Origin: an uncultured Gemmatimonadales bacterium
GTDB lineage: Bacteria; Gemmatimonadota; Gemmatimonadetes; Longimicrobiales; RSA9
Assembly (NCBI GenBank): GCA_963708135.1
Contig: OY970192.1
Span: 3,424,001 to 3,488,000 of the forward strand
Direction: 5' to 3'
DNA: 64,000 nucleotides
Shown: piece after piece, positions 36,953 through 46,702 of the stretch
Numbering within the stretch: the stretch's first letter is position 1
How the letters are laid out: each line of letters begins with the position of its first letter
Made by a program: the position numbers and the translations under genes
The notes under the pieces: model-generated
The model's input: the letters and a program-made list of their open reading frames with translations, nothing else
Database searches by the model: none
What the model was told of the DNA's origin: nothing

Positions 36953-39019
36953 GTGAAGCGGACTCTCCTGCTCGGCGGCGCGGCCGGCGCGGCGCTCCTG
37001 GCGCTCCTCGCGGCGTTCGTCGCGCCGCGCGCCCTCGGCTGCCCGTCCCCCGGGACGCTCCGCACCTACCGCCCGCCGGAGGCATCGCGCGTCTACGCCG
37101 CGGACGGCTCCATCGTGGCCGAGCTCTCGCCCGCGCGGCGCGTCGCGGTGGAGCTCGGCGAGATCCCGGCCGTGCTCCGCGACGGCTTCGTGGCCGTCGA
37201 AGACCGCCGCTTCTTCCGGCACCGCGGCATCGATGTCCGGGGGATCGGCCGCGCCGCCGCGCACGACCTCGCCCACCTCTCCCTGCGCGAGGGATTCAGC
37301 ACGATCACCATGCAGCTCGCGCGGCAGCTCTTCCCGGACGAGCTGCCGATGTCGGCGCGCTTTCGCCGCAAGACCTGCGAGCTGGCCATGGCCGTCAGCA
37401 TCGAGAGGGAGTTCCCGAAGCGCCAGATCCTGAACCTGTACCTGAACCAGATCTACCTCGGCAACGGGCTCTACGGCGTCGAGCGGGCGGCGGAGGGGTA
37501 CTTCGGCAAGCCCGCGCGCGAGCTCACGCTGCCGGAGGCCGCGCTGCTCATCGGGCTCAACAAGAACCCCGAGGGCTACAACCCGCGGAAGCACCTGGCC
37601 CGTGCCGTGGAGCGCCGCAACACCGTGCTGGACGTGCTGGCGCGCGAGGGCGTCATCGGCGAGGTCGCCGCCTCACGGGCCAGGCTCGCGCCGCTGCGGC
37701 TCGCCGCGCCGCCGGAGGCGGCCGGTCCCGCGCCGTACTTCGTCGCCGGGATCCGGCACGAGCTGAGGGAGCGGTTCGGGCCAGAGGCGGATGTGAGCGG
37801 GCTGCGCGTCTACACGGGGCTCGATCCGGCGCTCCAGCGCGCTGCGCGCCGGGCGCTGGTCGACCAGATCGCCTCCATCGAGGCCGGCCGCTACGGCCGC
37901 TACCGGCACCCGGTCATGCCCCCGGACGCGGATCCCGACCCGTCCGCGGACGGGTCACCCTACCTCCAGGGGCTGGTCGTCGCCCTCGACCCCGCCACCG
38001 GCGCGGTCCGGGCGCTCGTCGGCGGGCGCGACTTCACGCACTCGCAGTTCGACCGCGTCTACGAGGCGCGCCGCCAACCCGGCTCCGCGTTCAAGCCGAT
38101 CGTCTACGAGACTGCCATCGAGAGCGGCCTCACGGCGACGACCCGCATCGAGACCACGCCCGTTGCGCTCGCCGGCGCGGGCTCCGCCCCCTGGCGCCCG
38201 GACGACGAGGTGCCGGACTCCGTGACCTCGCTCTCCGCGCGCGATGCGCTCGCGCGCTCCTCCAACTTCGCGGCCGTGCGCGTCGGCGAGTCCGTCGGCA
38301 CGACCAGGGTCATCGACACGGCGCGCGCGCTCGGGCTCACCACGCCGATCCCCGCCTACCCGGCGATCTTCCTCGGCGCCGCGGAAGTCCGCCCGATCGA
38401 GCTCGTGGCCGCCTACGCCGCGTTCGGCAACGGCGGCTGGCGCGTAGCGCCGCACCTCATCGAGCGCGTAGAGGACAAGCACGGCAGGGTGCTCTGGCGC
38501 GCCGCCCCACCGCGGGCTCGCGCCCTCGACGAGGGAGCCGCGTTCATCACCCTCGGCCTGTTGCGGGATGTGGTGGATCGCGGAACGGGTACCGCCGTGC
38601 GGCAACAGGGCTTCTGGTTGCCGGCCGCGGGAAAGACCGGCACTACCAACGCGGGGCGGGACACCTGGTTCATCGGCATGACGCCCGACCTCGTGGCCGG
38701 CGTCTGGCTCGGCTTCGACCGGCCCCGGCCGATCGTCGCCGGCGGCAGCGGCGGCCGCCTCGCCGCGCCCGTCTGGGGCCGCATGATGCGCGAGGCCTAC
38801 CGCACCCGCCCCAACCCCGCGCCCTGGCTCCCACCGACGGATCTCGTCGCGCTGCCCGTGGACACCACCAGCGGCCTCCTGGCCACCTCCCACTGCCCCG
38901 CGAACGTGGTGCGGGTCGAGTACTACCTGCCCGGCACGGAACCCCGCGAGTCCTGCCACCTGCACCACGCCGGCAGCCTGCCCGGCCGCATCTGGAAGGG
39001 CATCAGGAAGGCGTTCTGA
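36953..39019 (+). CDS. Penicillin-binding protein 1A (transglycosylase/transpeptidase)
   Basis: EDRRFF.HRG, STITMQL, YLNQIYLG, RQPGSAFK, SSN, KTGT. Confidence 0.95.
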   Translation: MKRTLLLGGAAGAALLALLAAFVAPRALGCPSPGTLRTYRPPEASRVYAADGSIVAELSPARRVAVELGEIPAVLRDGFVAVEDRRFFRHRGIDVRGIGRAAAHDLAHLSLREGFSTITMQLARQLFPDELPMSARFRRKTCELAMAVSIEREFPKRQILNLYLNQIYLGNGLYGVERAAEGYFGKPARELTLPEAALLIGLNKNPEGYNPRKHLARAVERRNTVLDVLAREGVIGEVAASRARLAPLRLAAPPEAAGPAPYFVAGIRHELRERFGPEADVSGLRVYTGLDPALQRAARRALVDQIASIEAGRYGRYRHPVMPPDADPDPSADGSPYLQGLVVALDPATGAVRALVGGRDFTHSQFDRVYEARRQPGSAFKPIVYETAIESGLTATTRIETTPVALAGAGSAPWRPDDEVPDSVTSLSARDALARSSNFAAVRVGESVGTTRVIDTARALGLTTPIPAYPAIFLGAAEVRPIELVAAYAAFGNGGWRVAPHLIERVEDKHGRVLWRAAPPRARALDEGAAFITLGLLRDVVDRGTGTAVRQQGFWLPAAGKTGTTNAGRDTWFIGMTPDLVAGVWLGFDRPRPIVAGGSGGRLAAPVWGRMMREAYRTRPNPAPWLPPTDLVALPVDTTSGLLATSHCPANVVRVEYYLPGTEPRESCHLHHAGSLPGRIWKGIRKAF

Positions 39020-39095
39020 GGCGCCCGCCCCGGCACCCCGCCCGCACCCTACAGCGAGGGGCCGGAGGGGGACCAAACTCCCGGATCACCCATGG

Positions 39096-39210
39096 GCGGC
39101 GGACCGCCCCTGCGGAAACGGGCGCCGTGCGCACCAAAGTCCCGCCGCGTCAATGCGGCGGACCGCCCTTGCGGAAAGGGCCGCCGTGGTCCCGCCGCGT
39201 CGATGCGGCG
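39096..39210. repeat. Imperfect 50-59 bp tandem repeat (two full copies plus a partial) with internal hairpins
   Basis: gcggcggaccgccc(c/t)tgcggaaa...gtcccgccgcgtc(a/g)at starts at 39096 and 39155. Confidence 0.8.
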
Positions 39211-39753
39211 CCGAACCGTCGGGGACTATGCTCCGCACGGCGACTCGAAGTGTCAGGGCATCCGGGAACGCCGGCACGGTCGTGCAGAAATGTCCGGCCG
39301 CCCCATCCTCGGCCCCCTGCTCGGCCGCCGAAGGCGGAACGGCGGGTGAGGGGAGCCCGGTCGAGCCGCGCCGATCCCCGGCACGCGCATCGCGTAGGGT
39401 CCCGGCGGCGTCCTCGAGTGCCGGCACTCCTGGCCGCTCCTGCACGAACGGCGCGATCTGCGCAACCCGCCACTCGCCGGCGTTCCGCAAACGAGAGTCC
39501 GATTGCGCACCCAGGGCCGTCCCAATCCGCCACTGATGAAACCGGCGAGAACGAGCGGCGAGTTCTGCCGGTCTGGCCAGTACGAGCCGCCACGCGCGCG
39601 CCGGAGGACGGCGAGCGGCGGGTTATGCTCCCGAGTGACCCGCCGCTCGGGGCGGGGAAGCCGCCCGATCCGGGAAGCCGCGAACCTCCGGCGCCCCCGC
39701 GCGGCGCCGCCCGCACGACCCCCTCCCCCACCCGCAGTTCGCAGCTCGCCGTC

Positions 39754-40758
39754 TCAGGGCGCCTCCGCGGTCTCCAGCACCGGCGACTCGCCGAGCCCCT
39801 CGTGTGCGAGCCAGCGCTCCGCCTCCAGCGCGGCCATGCAGCCGGTGCCGGCGGCGGTGATCGCCTGGCGATAGTAGCTGTCCATCGCATCCCCGGCGGC
39901 GAACACGCCGGGGACGCTGGTAGCCGTGCGCCACGGCTGGGGAGTCTTGATGTAGCCGGACGGGTGCAGCTCCAGCTGTCCGTCGAGGAAGCCGGTGTTG
40001 GGCGTGTGGCCGATCGCCACGAACAGCCCGCCTACCTCCACGTCACGGCACTCGCCGGTCTTCGTGTCCTCCAGCTTGAGCCCGGTAATGTGGTCGTAGC
40101 CGAGGACCTCCATCACGCGCGTGTTCCACACCATCGTGATCTTCGGGTTCTCGAGCGCCCGCTGCGCCATGATCGGCGAGGCGCGCAGCTGGTCGCGCCG
40201 GTGGATCACCAGCACCTCGCGGGCGAACTTCGTGAGGTAGAGCGACTCCTCCATGGCCGAGTCGCCGCCGCCCACGACGGCGAGCACGCGGTCCCGGAAG
40301 AGCGGCAGCGCGCCGTCGCAAACCGCGCACGCCGAAACGCCGCCGCCGCTCTGCGCCAGCCGCTCCTCGTTCGGCACGTCGAGCCAGTTGGCCCGGGCGC
40401 CGGTGGCGATGATCGCGGCGACCGCATCCACGGGCTCGCTGTAGCTCGGGTGGAGCGTGAACGGGTGCTTGCCGAACTCCACGCGCGCGATGTCCTCCGC
40501 TACCACTCGGGTGCCGAAGCGCAGCGCCTGCTCGCGCAGCTTCTCCATGAGCTCCGGCCCGGTGATGCCCTCCGGAAAGCCGGGGTAGTTCTCCACCTCC
40601 GTGGTGAACATGAGCTGACCGCCCGGCAGCAGCGTCCGCGACGGCTCGCCCTCGAAGACGATGGGGGCCAGGTTGGCGCGCGCCGCATAGATGGCGGCGG
40701 TCCAGGCGGCGGGCCCGGACCCGATGATCGCAATGGTCTCGCGCTTTCGCTCCGACAT
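39754..40758 (-). CDS. trxB: Thioredoxin-disulfide reductase
   Basis: GSGPA, GGQL..TTEVENYPGF, SACAVCDG, GGGDSAMEE, YRQAITAAG. Confidence 0.95.
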   Translation of the reverse strand: MSERKRETIAIIGSGPAAWTAAIYAARANLAPIVFEGEPSRTLLPGGQLMFTTEVENYPGFPEGITGPELMEKLREQALRFGTRVVAEDIARVEFGKHPFTLHPSYSEPVDAVAAIIATGARANWLDVPNEERLAQSGGGVSACAVCDGALPLFRDRVLAVVGGGDSAMEESLYLTKFAREVLVIHRRDQLRASPIMAQRALENPKITMVWNTRVMEVLGYDHITGLKLEDTKTGECRDVEVGGLFVAIGHTPNTGFLDGQLELHPSGYIKTPQPWRTATSVPGVFAAGDAMDSYYRQAITAAGTGCMAALEAERWLAHEGLGESPVLETAEAP

Positions 40759-40968
40759 GTGTCTTCCCGCGTGGAGGATTCCCGGGCGAGCGCCGGCAGC
40801 GGCGTCGCCGACTCCGTATGATAAGCCCCGTGGCTCGGGGGGAGCAACGCGGGCCCCACCCCCCAATTCCCGGCGGTTCCCGGCCCCGCGGCGGTAACGC
40901 CCGCGGCGAGGCCGATCTGGCGTTGCGGGGGTGCCAATGCTAGGTTCCAAGCGACTGGAACCGGAGTC

Positions 40969-41658
40969 ATGACGGTAACTTCCCCATCTCCATTCGAGCA
41001 CCGCGTGGAGCGGTTCCTGTCCTCCCTCGCCGGGGTGGTCTCGGTTCGTGTCCTGGCCGGCGGGGAGGGACGGGTGCAGGAGATCCACGTGCTGTCGACG
41101 CCGCGCCTGCACCCGAAGCAGGTGGTGCGGAACGTGGAATCGGCGCTTTCAGCAGGGATGGGAATGGAGATCGACCGCCGCATCGTGAGCGTCGCGCAGG
41201 TGCGCTCCGACGCGGAGCCGGGCGCGCTGGAAGAGACTCCGGCCGACGCTCCGGACCGCGCGGAGGAGCCGGCCCCGGAGCGGCTCGTCTTCGTGCGCTA
41301 CGACGCCCGGTCGCAGGTGCTGCACGATGCGCACTGCCGCGTGGTGCTGCGGGGGCCGGACGACGAGTTCACCGGCAGTGGCGAGGGTCCGAACACCGTG
41401 CAAGGGCGCTCGCAGGCCGCCGCTCGTGCGCTCTTCTCGGCGCTCGCCGCCGCGCGCGGACTTGACGATGCGGCACTTGAGGGCACAGCCGTCGTGGAGA
41501 CCCACGGCCATAGCTACGTGCTCATTGCCGCGAGAGGCATCGACGGCCGCCAGACCGTTCCCCTCACGGGCTGCGCTCCGCTCTCCCGCTCTCCCGAAGA
41601 GGCCGCGATCCTCGCGTCGCTGCAGGCGACGAACCGCTGGGCGGAGCTGCCGACCTGA
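40969..41658 (+). CDS. Conserved hypothetical two-domain protein
   Basis: VQEIHVL..PKQVVRNVESAL..IDRRIVSVAQ; C-terminal EEAAILASLQATNR. Confidence 0.75.
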   Translation: MTVTSPSPFEHRVERFLSSLAGVVSVRVLAGGEGRVQEIHVLSTPRLHPKQVVRNVESALSAGMGMEIDRRIVSVAQVRSDAEPGALEETPADAPDRAEEPAPERLVFVRYDARSQVLHDAHCRVVLRGPDDEFTGSGEGPNTVQGRSQAAARALFSALAAARGLDDAALEGTAVVETHGHSYVLIAARGIDGRQTVPLTGCAPLSRSPEEAAILASLQATNRWAELPT

Positions 41659-41700
41659 TCCCAGCCGGCGCACCTCTCGCTTCTTGCAGAGAACCGGGTG

Positions 41701-43122
41701 ATGGCTTCCGACGCTGGTCCCAAGAACCTCTCTTCGCCCGAGGCGCACGCCCCGGCGGCGGAGCTGCGGCGCCTGACGTCGCGGCTCGGCGCACAGCTGC
41801 GCGCAGAGGTCCAGCGTTCGCTCGAGGCGCTGCTCGCGGAGGCCGCCCGGCTGCGCGAGCGCGCCGGCGGCGACCCCTCGCTGCGGGCGAGCGCCGAGGC
41901 GGTGGAGCGCGCGGCCCGCGAGATCGCCGGGCGCCTCTCGCGCTTCGAGGGCTCCGCGGCCGCCCTCCTGGGGGAGGAGGACGCCGCCGTCCCGGCGGCC
42001 ACCTCCGGCCCGCCGGCGACGTCCAGCCTCACGCGCGCCCTCGCGGGCGAGCTCAGCCACCTTGCCCACCATGCCGATGCCGGCATCGACGGCCAGGACC
42101 TCGACCGGCTGCGGCCGAGGCTCCGCCGCGCCGCCCGCCTGGCCAGCCTGTGGTTGACCACATCCGTCTCCTTCGGCGACGACGCTTCGGGACCCACTCC
42201 CCGGGGCACGAGCGCCACAAGCGGAGCGGCGACCACCACGATCGGCCTGCCCCACGCGATCGCGCCGGAAGCGGCGCCGCCCCGGGAGCGGCCCCCTCGC
42301 GCGGCCGCCGGACCGTCGATGCCGCCGCCGCACTCCGCCGGGGTGCCGCAGGTGGAGGATGGCGCGCGCACCGCCGCGCTCGCGCTCCAGGATCGGCTGC
42401 GGCGGTCGGAGGCCGCGCACGCGGCGTTCCGCGAGCGAATGGAGCGTCGCGAGCGGTACTGGCGCTACGCGATTCACGAGTTGCGCAACGCGGCGCACGC
42501 GTTTCTCTCCTGGGGCTTCGTGCTGCGCCGCTCGGAGCTGCGCAAGGCGCCGTGGTTCGCGCCGCTCATGAAGGCCGCGGATGCCGTGATGCTTCGCGCG
42601 GAGGAGGCGCTCGAGCCGGGCCGGGTCGAGAACGAGGCGGGGTTGCAGCTGCGCCCGGAGCCGACGGACGTGTCGGCGGTCGTGGCCGAGGCCGTGGAGG
42701 CCGTGCGCCCCTTCGCCGACATGCACGGCCTGTCCCTGGCGATCGCCGCGCCGGCCCGGTGCGAGGGCGCGGCCGCCCTCGCCAATGCCGGCAGGGTCCA
42801 CCAGATCCTGCACAACCTGCTGCGCAACGCGATCGAGGCCACGCCGGCCGGTGGCGCCATCACGGCGACGGTCCGGCACGAGGAGAGCGCGGTGGTGGTG
42901 GTCATCGAGGACACCGGGCCCGGCGTGCCGCCGAACCTGCTCGACACGCTGGAGGGCGACACCTTGCCGCTTCCGGGTGATCCGGGACCGCGCGGCTTCG
43001 GGCTGGGGCTGCGGCTCTGCCGGGACCTGGCCAGCCGGATGGGAGGAGCGCTCGCCATCGAGGCGCCGGAGGCCGGCGTCGGCGCCTGCTTCGTCCTGCG
43101 CCTGCCCCGGGTGTGCGCGTGA
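41701..43122 (+). CDS. Cytoplasmic sensor histidine kinase
   Basis: HELRN H-box, QILHNLLRNA, DTGPGV, GFGLGL; no TM segments. Confidence 0.9.
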   Translation: MASDAGPKNLSSPEAHAPAAELRRLTSRLGAQLRAEVQRSLEALLAEAARLRERAGGDPSLRASAEAVERAAREIAGRLSRFEGSAAALLGEEDAAVPAATSGPPATSSLTRALAGELSHLAHHADAGIDGQDLDRLRPRLRRAARLASLWLTTSVSFGDDASGPTPRGTSATSGAATTTIGLPHAIAPEAAPPRERPPRAAAGPSMPPPHSAGVPQVEDGARTAALALQDRLRRSEAAHAAFRERMERRERYWRYAIHELRNAAHAFLSWGFVLRRSELRKAPWFAPLMKAADAVMLRAEEALEPGRVENEAGLQLRPEPTDVSAVVAEAVEAVRPFADMHGLSLAIAAPARCEGAAALANAGRVHQILHNLLRNAIEATPAGGAITATVRHEESAVVVVIEDTGPGVPPNLLDTLEGDTLPLPGDPGPRGFGLGLRLCRDLASRMGGALAIEAPEAGVGACFVLRLPRVCA

Positions 43123-43793
43123 CGGAGCCCACGGGCCGCCCGCCGGAGCCGCCGCCCGGCGTCGAGGGCCGCATCGCGGAGGAGCTCGAGCAGCTCGCCG
43201 GCGTGGTGGCCGCGGCGGTCTGGCTGAGGAGTGGCGCGGAGGCGCGCGAGATCTACATCGCCGCTACCCCGGGCGCATCCGTCCTCGCCATTCAGCGGGC
43301 CGCGGCCGAGGTGCTCCGACGGAACGGCATCCAGGCCGAGGAGGACCACATCCGCATCGGCCGCCTCGATGAGGCCCTGGCCCCCGCCCCCGCTGAAGAG
43401 GACTCCGGCTGGCAGGCCCGATTCCTCATCCTGGACGGCGTCAGCGTGGAGCGGGCGGACAGCCACGTGACCTGCCGCGTGCGGCTGCTCCGTCTGGGCG
43501 AGCGCTTCGAGGGCGAGGCCCGCGAGCTGGATACGGAGACCGGCCGCGCCCGCGCCGCCGCACGCGCGACCCTCGCCGCGGTGGAGAAAGCCAGCCCCGC
43601 GAGCCTCGGGCTCGAGGGCGTCATCATCGCCGAGCTCTTCTCCCGGCGCTACGTCGTCGTCTCGATCGAGGCGAGCTCCGCCCGCCGCGTGCTCTTCCTC
43701 TCCGGCATCCTTTCCGTCGAGCCCACGCGCTCCGTCGAGGAGGCCGCCACCCTCGCCACCTTCCGCGCGGTCGAGCGTTTCACCGCCTGGTAG
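43119..43793 (+). CDS. Conserved hypothetical protein, paralogue of 40969..41658
   Basis: LAGVVAAAV..AREIYI; FEGEA..RARAAARATLAA..LEGV; EEAATLATFRAVER. Confidence 0.75.
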   Translation: MTEPTGRPPEPPPGVEGRIAEELEQLAGVVAAAVWLRSGAEAREIYIAATPGASVLAIQRAAAEVLRRNGIQAEEDHIRIGRLDEALAPAPAEEDSGWQARFLILDGVSVERADSHVTCRVRLLRLGERFEGEARELDTETGRARAAARATLAAVEKASPASLGLEGVIIAELFSRRYVVVSIEASSARRVLFLSGILSVEPTRSVEEAATLATFRAVERFTAW

Positions 43794-43838
43794 GGCCGCC
43801 GGCGCACTCGCGTCGGCCTCGCCTCGCCGCCCGATGAG

Positions 43839-43874
43839 CGAGACCCGCCGGGCGAGAAAGCCCGGCGGGTCTCG
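43839..43874. terminator. Perfect 15-bp hairpin between convergent genes
   Basis: cgagacccgccgggc-gagaaa-gcccggcgggtctcg. Confidence 0.7.
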
Positions 43875-43898
43875 GCCTTCACCCCGCTGGCGCCGCTC

Positions 43899-44288
43899 TC
43901 AGCCGCCGGGCGGCCCCACGAAGCGCTCCACCTCCTGCACGACCCGCCGTGGCTCGACCGGCTTGGCCAGGTAGCCGTCGCACCCCGCCTGCAGCGCCTT
44001 CTGCCGATCCTCCTCGAGCGCGTGCGCCGTGAGCGCGATGATCGGGATCGCCTGGGTGGCCGGATCCGCCTTGAGGCGCTGCGTGGCCTCCCAGCCGTCG
44101 AGCTTCGGGATCGAGATGTCCATCAGGATCAGATCCGGCAATCCCTCCCGCGCGCGGGCCATCCCTTCCTCCCCGTCCCGCGCCTCCACGACCCGGTAGC
44201 CGACGTGCTCGAGGATGGTCCGGTAGACGACGAGGTTGTCCTCGTTGTCCTCCACGAGGAGCACCGTCTTCTTCGCGTTTTCGCTCAT
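43899..44288 (-). CDS. Single-domain response regulator (DivK/CheY-like)
   Basis: VEDNEDN, ILMDISIP, IIALTAHA, GCDGYLAKP. Confidence 0.93.
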   Translation of the reverse strand: MSENAKKTVLLVEDNEDNLVVYRTILEHVGYRVVEARDGEEGMARAREGLPDLILMDISIPKLDGWEATQRLKADPATQAIPIIALTAHALEEDRQKALQAGCDGYLAKPVEPRRVVQEVERFVGPPGG

Positions 44289-45094
44289 GGGGCGGATTCC
44301 GCCGAGAGGGGGTCATCCGGAATGCCCGCTTCGAGGGCCTCAGGATCGGATACAGGAACCGTGCCACCTGTGGCCACGACCAGGTGCAGCGCGCCGTGGC
44401 AGTGGGAAACCGTGCCCACGAGGAATCGGAGCGGGCGCGGCGCGGGCGCCGCGAGAGCGTCCACGGCCGAGAGGATCCGCGCGCGGGCCTCGAGCAGCGT
44501 CGCGGCACGGTAGGCGCCCACGCCCCAGGCGATGTGATGGCAGTGGAAGAGGTGCACCTGCTCAACCCGCTGCCCGACCCCGGCGAGCTCGCGCGCGAAC
44601 CCGCGCACGGTCCGGTCGAGGTCCCAGAAGCGGGGGCCGCCGGTGTGAGGGCAGGTGGCGGGCTCGATGCAGTGGACGGGGCAGATCCAGTCCGCGTGGG
44701 ACACCAGGAGCGGCCCGTCCGCGGACTGCTGCTGAAAGGGAGTGCCGGGCATGGCCTGGAAGGGGACGGTCCGCCAGCGCCAGGCGGGCCGCTCCTCGCC
44801 CACGCGGCGGAGCAGCCAGCGGACGGCCAGATGCGGCGTGAACGGCGGCGTGACGAGCTGGTCGTCGCCTTCGGGGTCGAGCGTCCCGAGCAGCCGGTCG
44901 AGGTAGTCGTCCCAGCCGGCCCGCTCGATGGAGAGGCCCGCCTCCGAGCCGAGCTCGGCCGCGGCCCGCGGCCGGCGGCCGTGGTCCACGAGCACGATCC
45001 CGTCCACGTCCAGGGTTCCGGCGGCACGGGCCCGCAGCAGTTGCGTGCCGTAAAAGGTGCCGTAGCACCCCGCGCCGAAGACATGGAAGCGCAT
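44285..45094 (-). CDS. Hypothetical protein with a Rossmann-like N-terminus and Cys/His-rich C-terminus
   Basis: VFGAGCYG; CPVHCIEPATCPH; CHH; SHCHG. Confidence 0.7.
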   Translation of the reverse strand: MRFHVFGAGCYGTFYGTQLLRARAAGTLDVDGIVLVDHGRRPRAAAELGSEAGLSIERAGWDDYLDRLLGTLDPEGDDQLVTPPFTPHLAVRWLLRRVGEERPAWRWRTVPFQAMPGTPFQQQSADGPLLVSHADWICPVHCIEPATCPHTGGPRFWDLDRTVRGFARELAGVGQRVEQVHLFHCHHIAWGVGAYRAATLLEARARILSAVDALAAPAPRPLRFLVGTVSHCHGALHLVVATGGTVPVSDPEALEAGIPDDPLSAESAP

Positions 45095-45106
45095 GCCGCC
45101 GGGCCG

Positions 45107-46156
45107 CTACTCCGAGGCGGCCGCCTCGGCGGCCTCCTCCCGATCCTTGAAGATCTTCAGGTTGGTGGAGTGGCCGGGGTTCACGCGCGCCTTGGGGTCG
45201 ATGTGGTGCACGGCATAGTTCACCGCGATGCAGGCCTCGGAGAACCCGGTCGCTATGAGCTCGAGCTTGCCCTCGTAGGCGGCGATGTCGCCTGCCGCGA
45301 AGATGCCGGGAATGCTGGTCTCCATGTGCGGATCCACGCGGATCGAGTTGCGCTCGAGCTCGAGCCCCCAGCGCGAGATCGGCCCCAGGTCGGGCTTGAA
45401 GCCGATCAGCGCGAGCACGGCGTCGATCTCCAGCGTCTCGTCCTCATCGCTCCGGTTGTCGAAGATCGTAACGCGCGTGATCCGGTCCTCGCCGTGCAGC
45501 TCGCGCACCTCCCGATGCGTGAGCAGCTCCATCTGCCCGCCCTCGACGGCGCGGCGCATCTGCTCCATCGAGTGCGCGTGGGCGCGGAAGCCCTCCCGGC
45601 GGTGGATCAGCACGAGCCGCCTCGTCCGATCCTTCAGGTTCAGCGCCCAGTCCACCGCGGAGTCCCCGCCACCCACGATCAGCACGCGCTGCCCCGCGTA
45701 GACGGCGGGGTCCCGGACGTGGTGCAGGACCCCGCGCCCGAGCAGGCGGTCGTAGCCGGGGCACTCCAGCACGCGCGGCGCGAAAGCGCCCTTCCCGGCG
45801 GCGATCACCACGGCCCTCGACGGGTAGCGCCCGCGGTCCGTGGTCAGCACGAAGCCGCCGTCGTCCTGGCGGATCAGCTCCGCGACCTGCTCCTCGAGGC
45901 GCACGTCCGCCCCGAACTGGAGCCCCTGCTCGACCATGCGCGCGGCCAGGTCGCGCGCCAGGATCTGCGGCAGCCCGCCCACATCGTAGATGTACTTCTC
46001 CGGGTAGAGGGCCGCGAGCTGGCCGCCGAGCTCCGGCATGGAATCGACGATCCGCGCGCTGACCCCGCGCATCCCGGCGTAGAAGGCCGCGAAGAGCCCC
46101 GTCGGTCCACCCCCGATGATGGTGATGTCGCGCGGCTCGGCCGTGTTGGGTTCCAT
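45107..46156 (-). CDS. Ferredoxin--NADP reductase, TrxB-like type
   Basis: GGGPTGLFAAFYAGMR, LYPEKYIYDVGG, GGGDSAVDWA, PGHST; no CxxC. Confidence 0.9.
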   Translation of the reverse strand: MEPNTAEPRDITIIGGGPTGLFAAFYAGMRGVSARIVDSMPELGGQLAALYPEKYIYDVGGLPQILARDLAARMVEQGLQFGADVRLEEQVAELIRQDDGGFVLTTDRGRYPSRAVVIAAGKGAFAPRVLECPGYDRLLGRGVLHHVRDPAVYAGQRVLIVGGGDSAVDWALNLKDRTRRLVLIHRREGFRAHAHSMEQMRRAVEGGQMELLTHREVRELHGEDRITRVTIFDNRSDEDETLEIDAVLALIGFKPDLGPISRWGLELERNSIRVDPHMETSIPGIFAAGDIAAYEGKLELIATGFSEACIAVNYAVHHIDPKARVNPGHSTNLKIFKDREEAAEAAASE

Positions 46157-46192
46157 GGGTCCGCCGGATCTCCGGCTGCGGTGTGGGAGGCG

Positions 46193-46702
46193 TCAGGCGG
46201 CGTCGTCGCCGGCCTCGGCCGTGCGAATGTACGTGGCGGCCGCGCGCAGCACCTCGCGCGCGTTGGCGTACGTCACGGTGCAGACCGCCTCGTCGAGCGG
46301 CAGCCAGACGCAGGCGGTGATCCCCTCCGCCACCTGCGGGCGGGGCTCGCCGGAAGCCGACTCCATGAGGAAGAAATGACAGAACTTGTGCACGAGCTGG
46401 CCACTCGCGCGGAAGTACCAGTCGATGGTCGGCAGCTCCGCGCGCAGCTCCACGTCGGAGAGGCCGGTCTCCTCCGCCACCTCGCGCGCCGCCGCCTGCC
46501 CGGGTGTCTCGTCCTCCTCGACGTGCCCCTTCGGCAAGCCCCAGTTCTCGTACGGATCGCGGATCAGCAGGAAGGCGAGCGCCGCATCGCCGCGCCGGTA
46601 CACCACGCCGCCCGCGCTCGTCTCGACGCGGGCGCGCCGGGTCCCGCCGCGCCCGTTCCGGCCTCCGCGGCCGCGGCGCTGCGAACTCGAAGATTCAGAC
46701 AC
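46193..46702 (-). CDS. NUDIX hydrolase
   Basis: SAGGVV, WGLPKGHVE..AAAREVAEETGL. Confidence 0.9.
   Translation of the reverse strand: MSESSSSQRRGRGGRNGRGGTRRARVETSAGGVVYRRGDAALAFLLIRDPYENWGLPKGHVEEDETPGQAAAREVAEETGLSDVELRAELPTIDWYFRASGQLVHKFCHFFLMESASGEPRPQVAEGITACVWLPLDEAVCTVTYANAREVLRAAATYIRTAEAGDDAA

Noticed and set aside
39100..39180. c-di-GMP-I riboswitch (GAAA and CAAAG words)
   Set aside because: No GCAAAC/GACGCAAAG arrangement, and the region is not 5' of a gene.
39096..39210. CRISPR array
   Set aside because: Only two full copies, no unique spacers of regular length, and no cas genes in the window.
39533..39580. Hammerhead ribozyme (CTGATGA followed by a stem)
   Set aside because: The stem is followed by CTGGCC rather than the required GAAA.
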